64,000 nt of DNA from assembly GCA_964016885.1 (NCBI GenBank), contig OZ024758.1, positions 2,542,001-2,606,000 of the forward strand. Reading direction: 5' to 3'. The stretch's first letter is position 1. Every line of letters starts with the position of its first letter. Positions 42,331-57,670 of the stretch are shown one piece after another. The notes beneath the pieces are model-generated. The model searched no databases. It was given only the letters and a program-made list of their open reading frames with translations, and was not told where the DNA came from. Position numbers and translations under genes: made by a program. This DNA is from Eledone cirrhosa. Taxonomy: Eukaryota.

Positions 42331-43394
42331 CAAAGAATATCAAGAATCGTTTCTGAACTCTGCGCTACGTTGTTTTGTCTTTGTGAGTTTTGTTAATTCA
42401 CACCAGTTTCTCAAATGTCTTGTTTGAAATTTTGGTACATTTCTCTGCCTAAAGTGACCAGCTTCCAAGGGAGTTTGTTCTTTTCTCTTTATCTTTAGAA
42501 AGGTAAAGGGCTAAAGCTGTATTTATTCTGTTATTTCACCACCCAAATTTAAAAAGGAAACATGGCGGATACCGAAGTTTCTTCACTAAAGGATTCAACA
42601 AGTGATGCACGAAAAAAAGCATGAACGCCACCACAACCACCACCACTACCTCCACAACAACAACCATGAAAATAACCACCGCCACCACCGCCCACACCAC
42701 CAACAACAACAAATGCCACCATAACCCACACCACCGTAACCAGCACCAACAAAACGACAACCACCACCAACACTACCACCATCACCGCCACCACCACCAC
42801 CACCACCGCCACCACCACCACTTTGATGGCTGACTCAGACATTGAATGATAGACCGATAGTAAAAGGAAAAACAATTCCAGAATTCCCGCCTAAACCTCG
42901 CATAACGTCATCAGCAAATCAATATGGCTGTATGGTTGTATATAGAAAGAACGTCATAGCACAGCGGCGAGGGATCTTAATTGCTTTGCTAATGATAAAC
43001 TTATGAGAGAAAAATTACTTTCACATTCGCTTCTACTTTCAAACGACTCATCAGCATTGATAAATGGCTGGAAAATAAAATTGGATTTTCTATATCTCTC
43101 TAATGAAGTTAGTTGAAGTTTCTAATCATATGTCAACGGCTTGTCCGTTATATTACTTTGCTATTTGCCTATCGCAGTAGCTTAGTTACATAGAAATATT
43201 TATCTCTTTGTAATGAACTGTGTAAACAAACAAAACCAGGATATCGTCAAAAGAACTAATATTAGATAAGAACAATATGCATGAAAATACACATATATGT
43301 ATGTGTATATATACATATATATATATATACATATATATATACATATATATACATATATATACACATATATATACATATATACATATATATATAT

Positions 43395-43441
<47 letters not shown>

Positions 43442-43442
43442 T

Positions 43443-43483
<41 letters not shown>

Positions 43484-43566
43484 TATATATATATATATAC
43501 ACATATATATATATATATATATACACATATATATATATATATACACATATATACACATATATATAT

Positions 43567-43609
<43 letters not shown>

Positions 43610-43620
43610 TATATATATAT

Positions 43621-43815
<195 letters not shown>

Positions 43816-43866
43816 TATATATATATATATAAACACAAACACACAGATTATATATCTATGTATATA

Positions 43867-43897
<31 letters not shown>

Positions 43898-44651
43898 GTG
43901 GGGTGGGTGTGTGTGTTTATATGTATGTATATATATATTTATATACATATATGTATATATATATACATGCATATATATATTTATATATATATAAGTATAT
44001 ATATTTATATATATATATATATATATACATACATATATACATACATATATATATATACTTACATATATGTATATAATATATATATATATATATATACATA
44101 TATGTATATATATATATATACATACATATATACATATATGTATATATATATATACATACATATATACATACATATATACACATATATATATATATTTATA
44201 TATATGTATATATGCTTACATATATACATGCATTTATAGATATATGCATATAAACACACACACACACATATATATATATATAGGGAGGGATAGAGAGAAA
44301 GAAAGTGGGAGAGGGGTTGGATAGAAAATTGATCACTCAACATATGTAAATCCTCATTTACCAAATAATCTCGTATATTTCTCATGTTTGTTGTTAGTTT
44401 CATGGAGGGAAATGAAAGCATAAATGTCGATAAAAATAACTTTCCTTATCTTCATCACCAGTTTCATTAGTTTTACATACTTGTATATTTCTCCAGCCAA
44501 TTATTTATCAGGAGGAAACCGTAATCAATCACTATGGCCCACATTCGATATTTACTCATTCAAACTATCACTCATTCAGTCACTACGAGTTTTAGTCTAT
44601 CTATCTATTACTTCATCGAGCCCCCGCCTATCCATTCAACCCTTATTTCAA

Positions 44652-44710
<59 letters not shown>

Positions 44711-45101
44711 CCCATCTATCGTCCTGGTGAAACCCAGTTAAGTTCGAAATGCAATGGCAATTGTCCCCCTTGCTTCTGCTGGACACCGCCAGACGGCGTT
44801 AGCCGCTGCTGTTTTGGCATAGCTACGGCTCTCTAAATGTTTATTTTAAACATACCGTATTTCTTTAGAAATACGAAATTCCTATACATATCTGTATACA
44901 ACTATGCTTGAAGCTAAATTGTAATTCTATATCTACATGTGTATGTGTGTGCCTGTGTGTATGCCTGTATATATATGGGCCTGCGTGTATGTCTGCGTAT
45001 GTGCCTGTGTGTATGCCTGTATATGTATGGGCCTGTGTCTATGTCTATATATGTGTGTGCCTGCGTGTATGTCCATATATATGTAGATATGTGTATGTAG
45101 A

Positions 45102-45153
<52 letters not shown>

Positions 45154-45191
45154 GATATATGTGTACATATACATATATATATACATGAGTG

Positions 45192-45225
<34 letters not shown>

Positions 45226-45437
45226 CGTATGTATACATATATTTATGTATGTATGTGTATATATATATATATATATATAGATATATAAATATATATACAT
45301 GTATAAATATGTATGCGTGTATATTCATTCCATATACTATACTGATTGTGTTGTTATTGTTGTTTACCTTTTACATACAGACACACACATATATATATAT
45401 ATATTTATATATATTTATATATATATTTGTATGTAGA

Positions 45438-45469
<32 letters not shown>

Positions 45470-45915
45470 GATATATAAATATATATATATTTATATATGT
45501 CTACATGTGTATATATACATATGTATTTATGCATGCAGTTTAGTGAAGAGAAACATCATTATCTCACAATCTATATCAGTCATGTTTGAATTGTGATGTG
45601 GTCGTCTGCTGGTCGCCTGTATGTCGATAGATCGGCGTCAGTTGATACACCTATGTAGTAATAACTAAATTTAAATAGCTAAGTTGGCGAGATGGAGTCG
45701 CTTATGTTGTACTTAATCTATTCTGAGTAGTGAATTGGAACAGAAGCAACTCGCTCAAAGCACACTCAGTGTTGTATGATATGGACGACTACATCAAAAC
45801 ATGTAATAATCTACAGAGTTTAAGTTGGCTGCCATTAACAGCAATTGATATACTGGAGAAATTTCTTGTTTGTATATATGCAATGGTGCATGCTCGCGTC
45901 AACGTAATTAACATG

Positions 45916-45977
<62 letters not shown>

Positions 45978-46015
45978 GTATGTATATATGTATATATATA
46001 ATCTGTATATATATT

Positions 46016-46047
<32 letters not shown>

Positions 46048-46289
46048 TATTATATATATGCGTATATAATATATATATGTATATATGTATATATAATATT
46101 TATATATATGTATATTTATATATATATATGTGTATATGTATATGTACATATTTTTATATATGCATAATATGTATATATATTTATATATATGTATATGTAT
46201 ATATATGTATTTATATATACTCCTCACCTCTCTCTCCAAATATATATGTGTAAACATAAATACAGATAGAGCGACAGGCAGAGAGAAAG

Positions 46290-46355
<66 letters not shown>

Positions 46356-46571
46356 TCAGTCAATGGCAACATTGAGGACCGAATAAATAAAATTAACCGA
46401 TATAAAAGACACAGAAGCGAAAACCAACCAAACAGTGAGTGTGTCCTGTTATTAATTCTAGCAATATTATTACACAAATATGACCCTCCCCAAGTATAAC
46501 AATATATATATATATATATTATATATATATATATATTTGCTTAAACTTTAATCTGTTATTTTAATAAATAA

Positions 46572-46669
<98 letters not shown>

Positions 46670-46682
46670 CTATGTATATATG

Positions 46683-46728
<46 letters not shown>

Positions 46729-47204
46729 TATATGTATATATATTTATGTATATATATATATAAGCAAAAATGTTTGTCCGGACAAGGGCTCAGCTGTCGG
46801 GTCTGGACTAATTATAAAGTATATATTGTGAGGTAGACCGAAACATATTTACTTCAACACGGTGTGCCTTATATTTGACTTTTCCATTTTATTTCTTCCC
46901 TAGCATAAGTACCAACTTTCAGACATTTTCCAGCTAAAGTACACATGTATACGCCTTTCATGGGATTAGAACTCGTATCGATTTTTGAATAAACCTATTT
47001 TACATCGGCTCTTAGAAACTCCATAGGCTCAATTCTACAAACAAGCGCTGTAACAAATCTCTTATAATTAAAAGGCAAAATTCCTTTCGTTACTAGAGAT
47101 GTGTATTTGCTATGACAATATTGTATTTTGCGGTTGATTTACTTAAGTATATATTTAATAATATATAATATTTAATTCTTAAGTAGAATACTTATATTTG
47201 TTGA

Positions 47205-47452
47205 AGCAGTGTTTCCACACAGAAACTGTTGGCTATGTTGAAAGCGGCGGTGTGTGGACATGTCTGAAGCGGATCAAGATAATCACCTTTCTCTTAGGGA
47301 AGCCTTGATTAAGTTTTTCAGGTTTCATTTGAAGAAAAAATTAGGGCGGGGAGAGAAGTGCTGCCTTTCAAATAGTTTGTTGTTGAAAGGTGAGAGAAGT
47401 GAGATTGATCCGAGACAATGGGCCTGCTCTGAGTATGGGCCTGTAGAATGGA
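47205..47452 (+). pseudogene. L1/Tx1-like LINE ORF2 C-terminal remnant
   Basis: Frameshifted VWTCLK...TFLLG/EALIKFFRFHLKKKL resembles Tx1 C-termini recalled from memory. Confidence 0.45.
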
Positions 47453-47587
47453 GAGGGACAACATATATATGTTTGTGTGTGTGAGTTTATGTATATATAT
47501 ATATACATATATATATATAAGTTTATCCCAGGTTCAATCGGGGGTAACCACACAGTAAGGTACACAATACAAAGCAGAGTATAAATA

Positions 47588-47755
47588 TTCGACAGCTAGT
47601 TCTAAACTAGCTGTTGAAACGGCCGGAGCTCAGCCGTCGGGGTCCTGACACTTTTCCTTTATGTATATATATATATCAGAATGGAGACGGTAAAAACTAG
47701 TAAGACCGTTTACTCATCAGAGTACTCGATACTTGGGGTAGTAGAGTGGGTAATC
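47588..47755. mobile_element. Two family P fragments
   Basis: 47588-47660 has the central hairpin plus GAAACGGC..GCCGTCGGGG. About 47680-47755 is a diverged arm in the opposite orientation. Confidence 0.65.
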
Positions 47756-47815
47756 TCTCTATATATATATATATCCCAGCATGGCCTCAGCATTTCGGTT
47801 GGAACAAGTAATAGA

Positions 47816-47886
<71 letters not shown>

Positions 47887-48452
47887 CAGCGAACTGATTC
47901 GATGAAATTATAAAGAGATAATGATTGAAAAGAGATATGAAAGTGCAAGGCTTTTATTTACTCTGCAAAGAGGTTCATATCTAAACACCGTATTTCTAGA
48001 ATTATTTTGCAAAAATCGTGCTGCTGTCTATTTTAGTTCATATCATTAAAATTATGAAAAATAACCCGAGGTGAGAAAATAACGGTGCGTGTATACGTGA
48101 TGTGATGTTGACATCAGAATTATCGTTATTTATGTAAAAAATGTTTGTCATAAGTAAGCTGTATTTTCTTTTTGCAGAATATGAGAATTTGTATTTTTCT
48201 CTTAATTACTGTTAATGCCCATCTATGTATTTTGTCCTTGTTACTTCTTATCACTTGCGTAGGGACGCACATAGAAAAGTAATATTGTGGGTTATCATGT
48301 CAGACAAAATGTTTGAAATTACGTTTTCCTTCTCTAATTAGCGTACATAGTAAATTTCTGTATGTATGTATGTATGTATATATATATATATATATAGTAT
48401 TGGCCCAGGGAATGTCTAACTTAATCTCACCACCTGGCAGTATATATATATG

Positions 48453-48500
<48 letters not shown>

Positions 48501-48507
<7 letters not shown>

Positions 48508-48605
48508 ATACTTGGGGAGGGTCATATTGTTGTAATAATATTGCCAGAAATAATAACAGGGCACATTCACTGTTTGGTTGGTTTTCGCTTCTGTATCATT
48601 TATAT
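48501..48605. mobile_element. (TA)n-associated dispersed repeat with a tattgttatacttggggagggtcat terminus
   Basis: Related copies lie at about 23371-23452, 27805-27902, 46400-46503 (inverted) and 61090-61175 (inverted). Confidence 0.65.
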
Positions 48606-48691
48606 ATCTATAGTTAATTCATTTGGCCATCAATATTTTTCACTAAGTAACAGAGGTTCAAAAATACAGATATAAATATATATATATAGTC

Positions 48692-48735
48692 TAACAAAGT
48701 TCTTTCGTTGCACATCTGCAACATCATCAGTGGTA
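48692..48735 (-). ncRNA. Hammerhead ribozyme motif (family H3)
   Basis: UACCA-CUGAUGA-U-GUUGCA(gaug)UGCAAC-GAAA-GAAC-UU|UGUUA. Stem II covaries relative to the 27649 and 60754 copies. Confidence 0.7.
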
Positions 48736-48773
48736 CTATTATGTTTCCTCATGTTGTATTGTATGCCTACGCC

Positions 48774-48813
<40 letters not shown>

Positions 48814-49140
48814 ACATAACATAAATCTTTCCTTAATGATGTCCACACACAGAAAAGAAAATACGTTACTAAAATAAACAATAAACGAAGACATAAACGA
48901 AAATAACGACTATTTACGATGAAGATTTGAATGTGTGTGGCATTCTATGTGTTTCCTATAACCATTAAACATTTACACATATTAGACCATGTTTAGCATC
49001 AGAGTCAGGTGATGCTGTCATGGCGGATAAAAAAATAAAATGGAGAATATATATGTGAACGTTAATTATCTAAGCAGTTGACATTTCTCCAAAGATTGCT
49101 TATTTTCTACCTTTCACTTTTGTCCCCATATATCTATATG

Positions 49141-49223
<83 letters not shown>

Positions 49224-49224
49224 G

Positions 49225-49260
<36 letters not shown>

Positions 49261-49418
49261 CATACATATATATATATATATACATGTATATATGTTCTTC
49301 TGGTTTCAGAATTTCACAAATGTATGTATGTATATGTTATCTCTTTCTCTTAATTTCGAGTATATTTTTTTTGACCGGCCACCTTCCTGGTGGCAAAGTT
49401 GTAAGAGACAAGAAATTG

Positions 49419-49578
49419 TCATCCCTTGAATCGCAAGAATGTTTTGCAAATTTTGAAGGTGCCAGCTATCGCAGCCATTTGTAGACTAGGAATTAGGGAG
49501 CTGCGCTTTTTGTCCACCAATCCACGTTCAGTCATACTTTGGTCCAAGCGGGCTGGTATATAACCCGTAGCTCCAATA
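49419..49578 (-). mobile_element. R4/Dong-like (REL-type) LINE 3' end, 5'-truncated, embedded in microsatellite
   Basis: Open frame IIGATGYIP...[19 protein letters not shown], matching the typical REL C-terminus IIGA-G--P...LQ-----GT-KI. Confidence 0.7.
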
Positions 49579-49681
49579 ATGTATGTATACATGTATGTAT
49601 GTATGTATGTATGTATGTATGTATGTATGTATGTATGTATGTATGTATGTATGTATGTATGTATGTATGTATGTATGTATG

Positions 49682-49730
<49 letters not shown>

Positions 49731-50072
49731 TATTTCTGAAGACGGCGTATATATGTGTTGGTATGTATATTTAATCTTGATAGTTTGTATAATTTTGTAT
49801 AATTTTATACATAGATCTGTTGAATATGCATGCTAATTCTAACACATATATATCCTAGAAACGATCGTTAAATAATGAACTTTTTTTGTTTAATATAAGG
49901 AACTGTTTCATTGTTTTATTCATTATTTGTTTAATATTTTATCTTGACTCTGTATACCGTTTATCTTTCACCGAAAGTGATTTTTCATTACATCTCTTCT
50001 TTCCATGATATCCGGAATACATTGAGTTCTTCATACGGATTGGACACTACCGTAAACTCTTGGTAGATTTAT

Positions 50073-50105
<33 letters not shown>

Positions 50106-50561
50106 TGTATGTATGTATGTATGTATATATATATGTATGTATGTATATGTATGTATATATATATATATATATTTATGTATGTATGTATGTATGTATATAT
50201 ATATGTATGTATGTATATGTATGTATATATATATATATATATTTATGTATGTATGTATGAAAAGCCATATCCCAGCGTCACAGAAATCTGACAAGCGATT
50301 GCACTAATCTTAGCAGAGTCTGCAGCCATCATGTATGCATATATGTATGTATGCATGTGTGTGTATATGTATATATGTATATATGCATATTTCAATCCAT
50401 CTCCCCCTCTCTCACTCTCTCTCTCCCGCTCTCTCTCTCTCACTATATATACATATATATATATATATATATAGTAGTTCAGGCACTGTGAGGGGTTTGC
50501 ACCCCTTCAATACTTTTCAAAGTCAAAGTCTAGCACAAACCCTAGCTACGATAATACACAT

Positions 50562-50651
<90 letters not shown>

Positions 50652-51063
50652 ACACACGCAGACACAGTTACACACACACAAAGACACGCACCACAGACAT
50701 ATGTATATGTAGACTTTACATATATATGTAATCAAAGTAAGAGCGAGAAAACGTAGAGAACAGAAACATTTCCAACTGACAAGATTGTGCACGTAGAAAC
50801 ATTTCTTCTTCTTCTTCTTCTTCTTCTTCTTCTTCTTCTGCTTCTTCTTCTTTCACCACTTATTCCTTCTTTAGAATTTATTAATATGTGTAAGGTTCGC
50901 ATAAATGTAGTCCCTTTTTTTTTTTACTAACCGGACGTATATTATGAGTTAAGGGATCAAAGTTCAGCCATTGATAAGAGAGAATCTTATAAAAGAACGC
51001 TGCGGAAGCTATTTCTGAAGGTTTAAATTATGGGTGAATTTCAAGAAGTTGTAGCGAATAATG

Positions 51064-51164
<101 letters not shown>

Positions 51165-51211
51165 GTATATATATATATGTATCTATGTATATATATATAT
51201 ATATATACACA

Positions 51212-51262
<51 letters not shown>

Positions 51263-51430
51263 ATATATATATGTATCTATGTATATATATATATATACAC
51301 ATATATATATATATATATACATACACATATATATATATATATATATACATACACATATATATATATATATATATACATATATATATACATATATATATAC
51401 ATATATATATATACATATACATATATATAC

Positions 51431-51461
<31 letters not shown>

Positions 51462-51548
51462 CATATATATATACATATATATATACATATATATATACAT
51501 ATATATATACATATATATATATATACACACACACACTCATATATATAT

Positions 51549-51582
<34 letters not shown>

Positions 51583-52412
51583 GCACGTACATATATATCT
51601 ATATATATATATATATATACATACATATATACATATATATATATACATACATATATACATACACATACATATATACATATATATATATATACATACATAT
51701 ATACATATATATACATATACATACATATATATAGATATATACATACGTACACACACACACATATATATATATATTCAAGGAATTGCGTTCCCTGTGAAAT
51801 TCTCTTGTGGTTTGTTAAACATTCCTTCGCCAGTTCGTTGCTACGTATTTGGAAAACTCAAGGGAAATATATATTTGTGTCTACAGAGAGCTGTGGACGT
51901 TAAATACACAAAAGCATCCGTTTTCATTTTGTCAAGATTAAGGGAATTTCTATAAAGTACTTTTCTATGTTAATCAAACACATTAAACTATGTATATGGA
52001 CATGTGTGTGAAATTGACAGGTGATGGGATCAATACACTATAGATATTGGAACAATAATCGATACAGTTCTCCAAAGAATTCCATAACTAGCAACGGAGT
52101 TTCGGATCACACTCAAGTGTATACAATCATACATTAACACGCGTAAATATATACTTGGAAAGACACATAAACAGACGGTCACACTGACACTGACACATAT
52201 ACACACACACACACACACACACGGAGAGACGTGAGCACACACGCACGTGAGCACACACATACACCCCCCCACACACACATACCACACACATATATATGTA
52301 TATGAATGTATGTGTGTGTGTATATATATATATGTATACGTATATGTATTTGTATATTTATATATATGTATATATTTATATGTATAGCTATATCTATGTA
52401 AAAGTATATATC

Positions 52413-52447
<35 letters not shown>

Positions 52448-53541
52448 GTATATATAAATATAATATATATATATATGTATATATATATTTAAGTATATAT
52501 GTATATATATATATATATATATTTATATAAACATACATAGGTATATATGTGCATTTATATACACATCTAGATGTATTTTATATATAGTGTTTATATATAT
52601 AAGCATATAAAAATATATACAGCATATGAAATGCATTTAGATATAAATACACACACACACACACACACATAACCACATAACCACAATACCACATATTTGT
52701 GCATAACTTACACAATTTATGTATTTCTACACAGGATATATAGAATAGTATATATGTGTAGATTAAAACTATACAGCATGAATAATATTTGCACACAAGT
52801 ATATGATCTCTTTTACAATCCAACGACTGTAGCTTCGTAGCTTCGCAGCCACGTAGCATCGCAGCTACGTGGCTTCAGATGCTACACATACATCAAATAT
52901 GTCTTCGTTTGTGTGCATACAGCTTGCATGTTATAAATCTATTCCAGTTACCCTCGTGAATATATTTATTATCTGCTAGCCAAGTTCATTAATCCATAAA
53001 AATCCATTGAATACAATTCTGGAATATTCTACGAATCGAACGAATGATGACACTGTGGCAGTTTTATTTAGTATGATTTACATCTGTGGCCAATAGTCTG
53101 TTAGTTAGCTGAACGAGAGTCGCATTTGGTGAGCTTTGGCAGCGACACTAAAGTAGTTTCAGTGAGTAATGGCCGACCACTGCCCTATAAAATGCTAAAG
53201 GTCGATTTTCAGATGAAGAGTTCAGCATTATACAGCAATTAATGCAGCGGAATATATAAAATAAAATTATTCAAGCATGAATAAATGTATGTATGTATGT
53301 ATATATGCATATGTATATATGTGTATATGTGATGTGCATGTGTATGTGTGTGTGTGTGTATATATGTATGTGTGTGTATAGATGTGTGTGTGTGTATGTG
53401 TGTGTGTGAATATATATGTATGTATGTGGTTATATATGTATGTATATATGTATGTATGTGTGTATGTGTGTGTTCTCACACTTTCACAAATATTCACAGG
53501 TACACACAAATATATAGTATGTATATATACATATATATATA

Positions 53542-53583
<42 letters not shown>

Positions 53584-53718
53584 TATGGAAGAAACATAAC
53601 ACATACATACAACCATATTCGTGTACACATACATATGCACATACATACATGTACACACAAAGGCACATTAATGCATGAATTAAAATCACACACACACATA
53701 TTTTTGTGTGTTTGTGTA

Positions 53719-53787
<69 letters not shown>

Positions 53788-53885
53788 ATATATATATATA
53801 CATATATATATACAGATCGAACTTTGAGCTGATCAATAGCGAAACGCACGTGACTACTTAATAAACGTAAATGAAGACATTACAA

Positions 53886-53950
<65 letters not shown>

Positions 53951-54181
53951 AGGTTATATTAGGGTTTACTAATATAGATCCTTGTAAAGGTGATATATAT
54001 ATATATATATGTAAATACCAACTACACCCAGGGACCGTAATTCTTTAAAACGCAACGTAGAATCTGAGAAGGAAAGTGTAATATATATGTGCATATATTT
54101 CCACAAATATGTATGTATCCATCTTTCTATCTCTGTCAAAGGGCAAAGGAGCTCTTAAGAGTCAATGGCCATCCAAAATCA

Positions 54182-54588
54182 CCGGGAGAGATGACCCCTT
54201 AGCCTTTGTCAAGGCAGAATTCTAGGAGAAGGAAAACTCTGATATAACACCTGCAACCCTGATGGTATCCAATGATGTTAACTTCTTTTTGGTAAATATC
54301 ATCTTGGTTAAGAGAGTGGGACTGGCTTTGTGCAGTGCCTTTGCTCACTATAAAAGCTTCACGACACAGGCATTGCTTTATATCTGGAGATCTCTCTGCA
54401 CTTGTCCTCACATGGTACCATGGGCCCAGCACTATGTGTCAATAATTGTCACAAGTGTAGTGTTTGTACCAGAGTTTTCAAGTCGCTGGCTGGACTAAAA
54501 AGTCACACTCGTTCAGCGTATCGGTAGGGGTTCTCCTACATGGATATAAAGTAGTGGCCGTACTCGAAAACGAGTTGGCAGCCACCAT
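54182..54588 (+). mobile_element. Second copy of the roughly 410-bp RTE-derived element
   Basis: Reverse complement of 10441-10853. Confidence 0.75.
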
Positions 54589-54760
54589 GAATTATGTATG
54601 TATGAATTATGTATGTATGTATTATGTATGTATGTATTATGTACGTATGTATGTATGTATTATGTATGTATGTCTGTATGTATAGTCCCGTAACCCCTGA
54701 TTTTTTCCATAGAAAGATAGAAAGTGAAAGAGAGGAAATGAGAAAGAGATACAGAGGAAG

Positions 54761-54920
54761 AATTGACCCCAGTACTAGACTGGTACTATTTTATTGACCT
54801 CGAAAGGATGAAAGGCAAAGTTTATCTCGGCCAGATTTGAACTCAGAAAGCTGTGAACCGGAACAAATACCATCAAGCGTTCTATCCGCCGTTCTAACGA
54901 CTTTGCCACTTCGCCGCCTT
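54761..54920 (-). mobile_element. SINE A-related subfamily (different head)
   Basis: Head ggcggcgaagtggcaaagtcgttaga with the same central domain. Confidence 0.8.
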
Positions 54921-55657
54921 TAAAGAAGACACATGTATCCATATGTTGCGATATACAGATAGATATATGAACAAAGAAACATATGCATGCATGTATACAC
55001 AAAGAAATGCCGAGGTTTTGCAGGGATGTTATTTTAAATCCTATTTATCTATATACACTAACACATTGAGTTAGGAGAATTTATTCTGGCCCCTTTCATT
55101 CCTCCCACTTCTCCCCAAACAACACAGACAGGCTTCGTGATAAACTGAACGTCTTTAACCTTCTTTAAGCAGTTTCTATCAAAGTTTGACTCTCTATTTA
55201 AATTTATCATTTTCTATGATATAGCACTTGTCTATTTTTATCTTTATTTAACACTCCGTTCCTTAAAGCTTAACATATTGATTCTTATATATATTTCGTC
55301 TCTTTATTTAGTTTACATTTTATTATGTCAATATCTACTAAATCATCCGTTATTGCAGAGATAATGTAGAGAGTTGTTAGATTTTACCTCTCAAAAATGT
55401 GCAGTTATCACTGAAACAAACAAACTTTGACATATATGTATAAATACATACACACATATATATATACGTGTGTACATAGATACATGCGTATGTACGTTCA
55501 TACGTGTGTACATACATACATAAATACATACATACGTACATATATACGTACGTACGTACACACACATACATAAATGCATCTCTATTCACATACATACCTA
55601 CATATATACAAACATACATTCATATATACATACATACGTACACCCCCCCACACGCAA

Positions 55658-55703
<46 letters not shown>

Positions 55704-56146
55704 GTAGCGACTATATGAAAACGAGATAACACATTCCGGCATACATTGCATATTTTTATTTTGTTAGATCTGGAAGAAGGGGCAGTGCCCATAGCCTTCT
55801 CAGACCTTCAGTGTGTTGATAGCTGACATCTTTGAGTGAGGCTTTTCCGCTGATGACGCAACTTCAGAGCCATTTACATAATGCTTAATAGCATTACGTA
55901 ATTTCTGTGCACGGTAGTTCCATTTGGATTATATCGCTGGCAGATGGATTCCCAGAAACTAATGCATTGGACCAAGGCCGGAAAATCATATTTTCTCCCC
56001 TCACGAAATCGTTTTTCTAAGTATTTAACGTATAAGTCCACTCTATTTTCCTTGGCCTGGTGTCATAATGATACTGACTTAATTAAATAACTGAGTGAGT
56101 GAGAAAACTGGAGGTATGTCGGTCCTATTGGATAGCCTCGTGTCAG

Positions 56147-56182
<36 letters not shown>

Positions 56183-56228
56183 ACACACATACATATATAT
56201 ATATGTATGTATGTATATCTCTCTCTCG

Positions 56229-56263
<35 letters not shown>

Positions 56264-56387
56264 AGTATATATACATACATATATATATATACATCTTATG
56301 TATATGTATATATATATATATATACATCTTATGTATATGTATGTATATATATATATATATACATACATACATACATACATGCCTATG

Positions 56388-56421
<34 letters not shown>

Positions 56422-56527
56422 AACATACATATATACATACACACACACGCACACTTATATATATATATATATATAAATACACATATACACACACACATAT
56501 ATATATTTATATATGTATATGTATATG

Positions 56528-56605
<78 letters not shown>

Positions 56606-56781
56606 AAGAGAGAGAAATTCTTGTTTGTAGTCAGTGGCTTAGTGACTGTGGGTGATTGTCGCTTAACTTCAAGGGTTAGGAATCTGGAAATAGATAGTTC
56701 AAAAGAAAGAAAAGTGTTCCGTTTATTGCCGTTTGTCTTTTTGAAGTGTTTAAGAAATGCCACTATGTTGTTCCGTCTAGA

Positions 56782-56832
<51 letters not shown>

Positions 56833-56973
56833 CACTAAAGGTTAGAGACAAATAGGAAATGTAAAATGAACCAGAGTCTCGAATCCAGAATATGGCGAGA
56901 GGGAAAAACTTCAAATAACTGAAAGTAAGCTCGCAGTTTCATAACCGAAACTCATTTTTACTGTGTTTTAGAT

Positions 56974-57098
56974 CAGGTATGGTCAACCTTTTTCTAGCTT
57001 CATTATAAGATGGGCCACACTTTTAAAAAAATCAAGTAAATTTTGAAATTAGGCGTGCCACTGTGAAAGCCCAACGGGCCACTGTTTCTCCATGATTG
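56974..57098. mobile_element. Short hAT-type MITE
   Basis: Perfect 8-bp TSD ttttagat; degenerate TIR caggtatggtcaac / gtttctccatgattg. Confidence 0.7.
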
Positions 57099-57429
57099 TT
57101 TTAGATTCTGAAGACAAGTAAGGACAAGAACTATTATTGTCCGAGTTCTACAACTAATCGAACTTACCCTAATTTTCATAATCTTTAAAATTAACTGTAC
57201 TAGTCAATACCCGACCTCCACATTAAAAAAACCCCAGGAAAATATAGAACAACATTGAGCCCCACTGAGTGCTTCCCAATCCTCGCAAAAAAGCATAAAG
57301 AAGACACAGGTACCAACATAACTACAGCGACAATAGCCTCAATGCCTTCAAACACTATAATGTGATGCACTTCTTGCTCCTTCCTCGATGAGAACAGGGC
57401 TTATCATAGGTCAGTGATCCCAAAGGCAT

Positions 57430-57670
57430 GATCATGTATAGAGCCGACCAGATCCATTGCTGGAAGTCCCGTACCACCTCCTCTGCATCATACAAGGTGC
57501 CATCCATCGAGCCTCTGGAGTTCTTCCTTGATGACATCCAACCATCTGTTGCATGGTCTGTCCCATGACCTCTTCCAGCCTGTAGCTGCTGTGTCAAACG
57601 AGAGTAAGGCCTTGTTAGAATGATCTAGCAGCAGGAGGAAAGCATGTTCCTGATACATACCAAAGATATA
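57430..57670 (-). pseudogene. RTE-clade LINE ORF C-terminal remnant
   Basis: DHSNKALLSFDTAATGWKRSWDRPCNRWLDVIKEELQRL.../TLYDAEEVVRDFQQW. Confidence 0.75.

Noticed and set aside
55767-55826. Possible terminal exon after ttttgttag (LEEGAVPIAFSDLQCVDS*)
   Set aside because: Too short, no recognisable domain and no partner exons identified.
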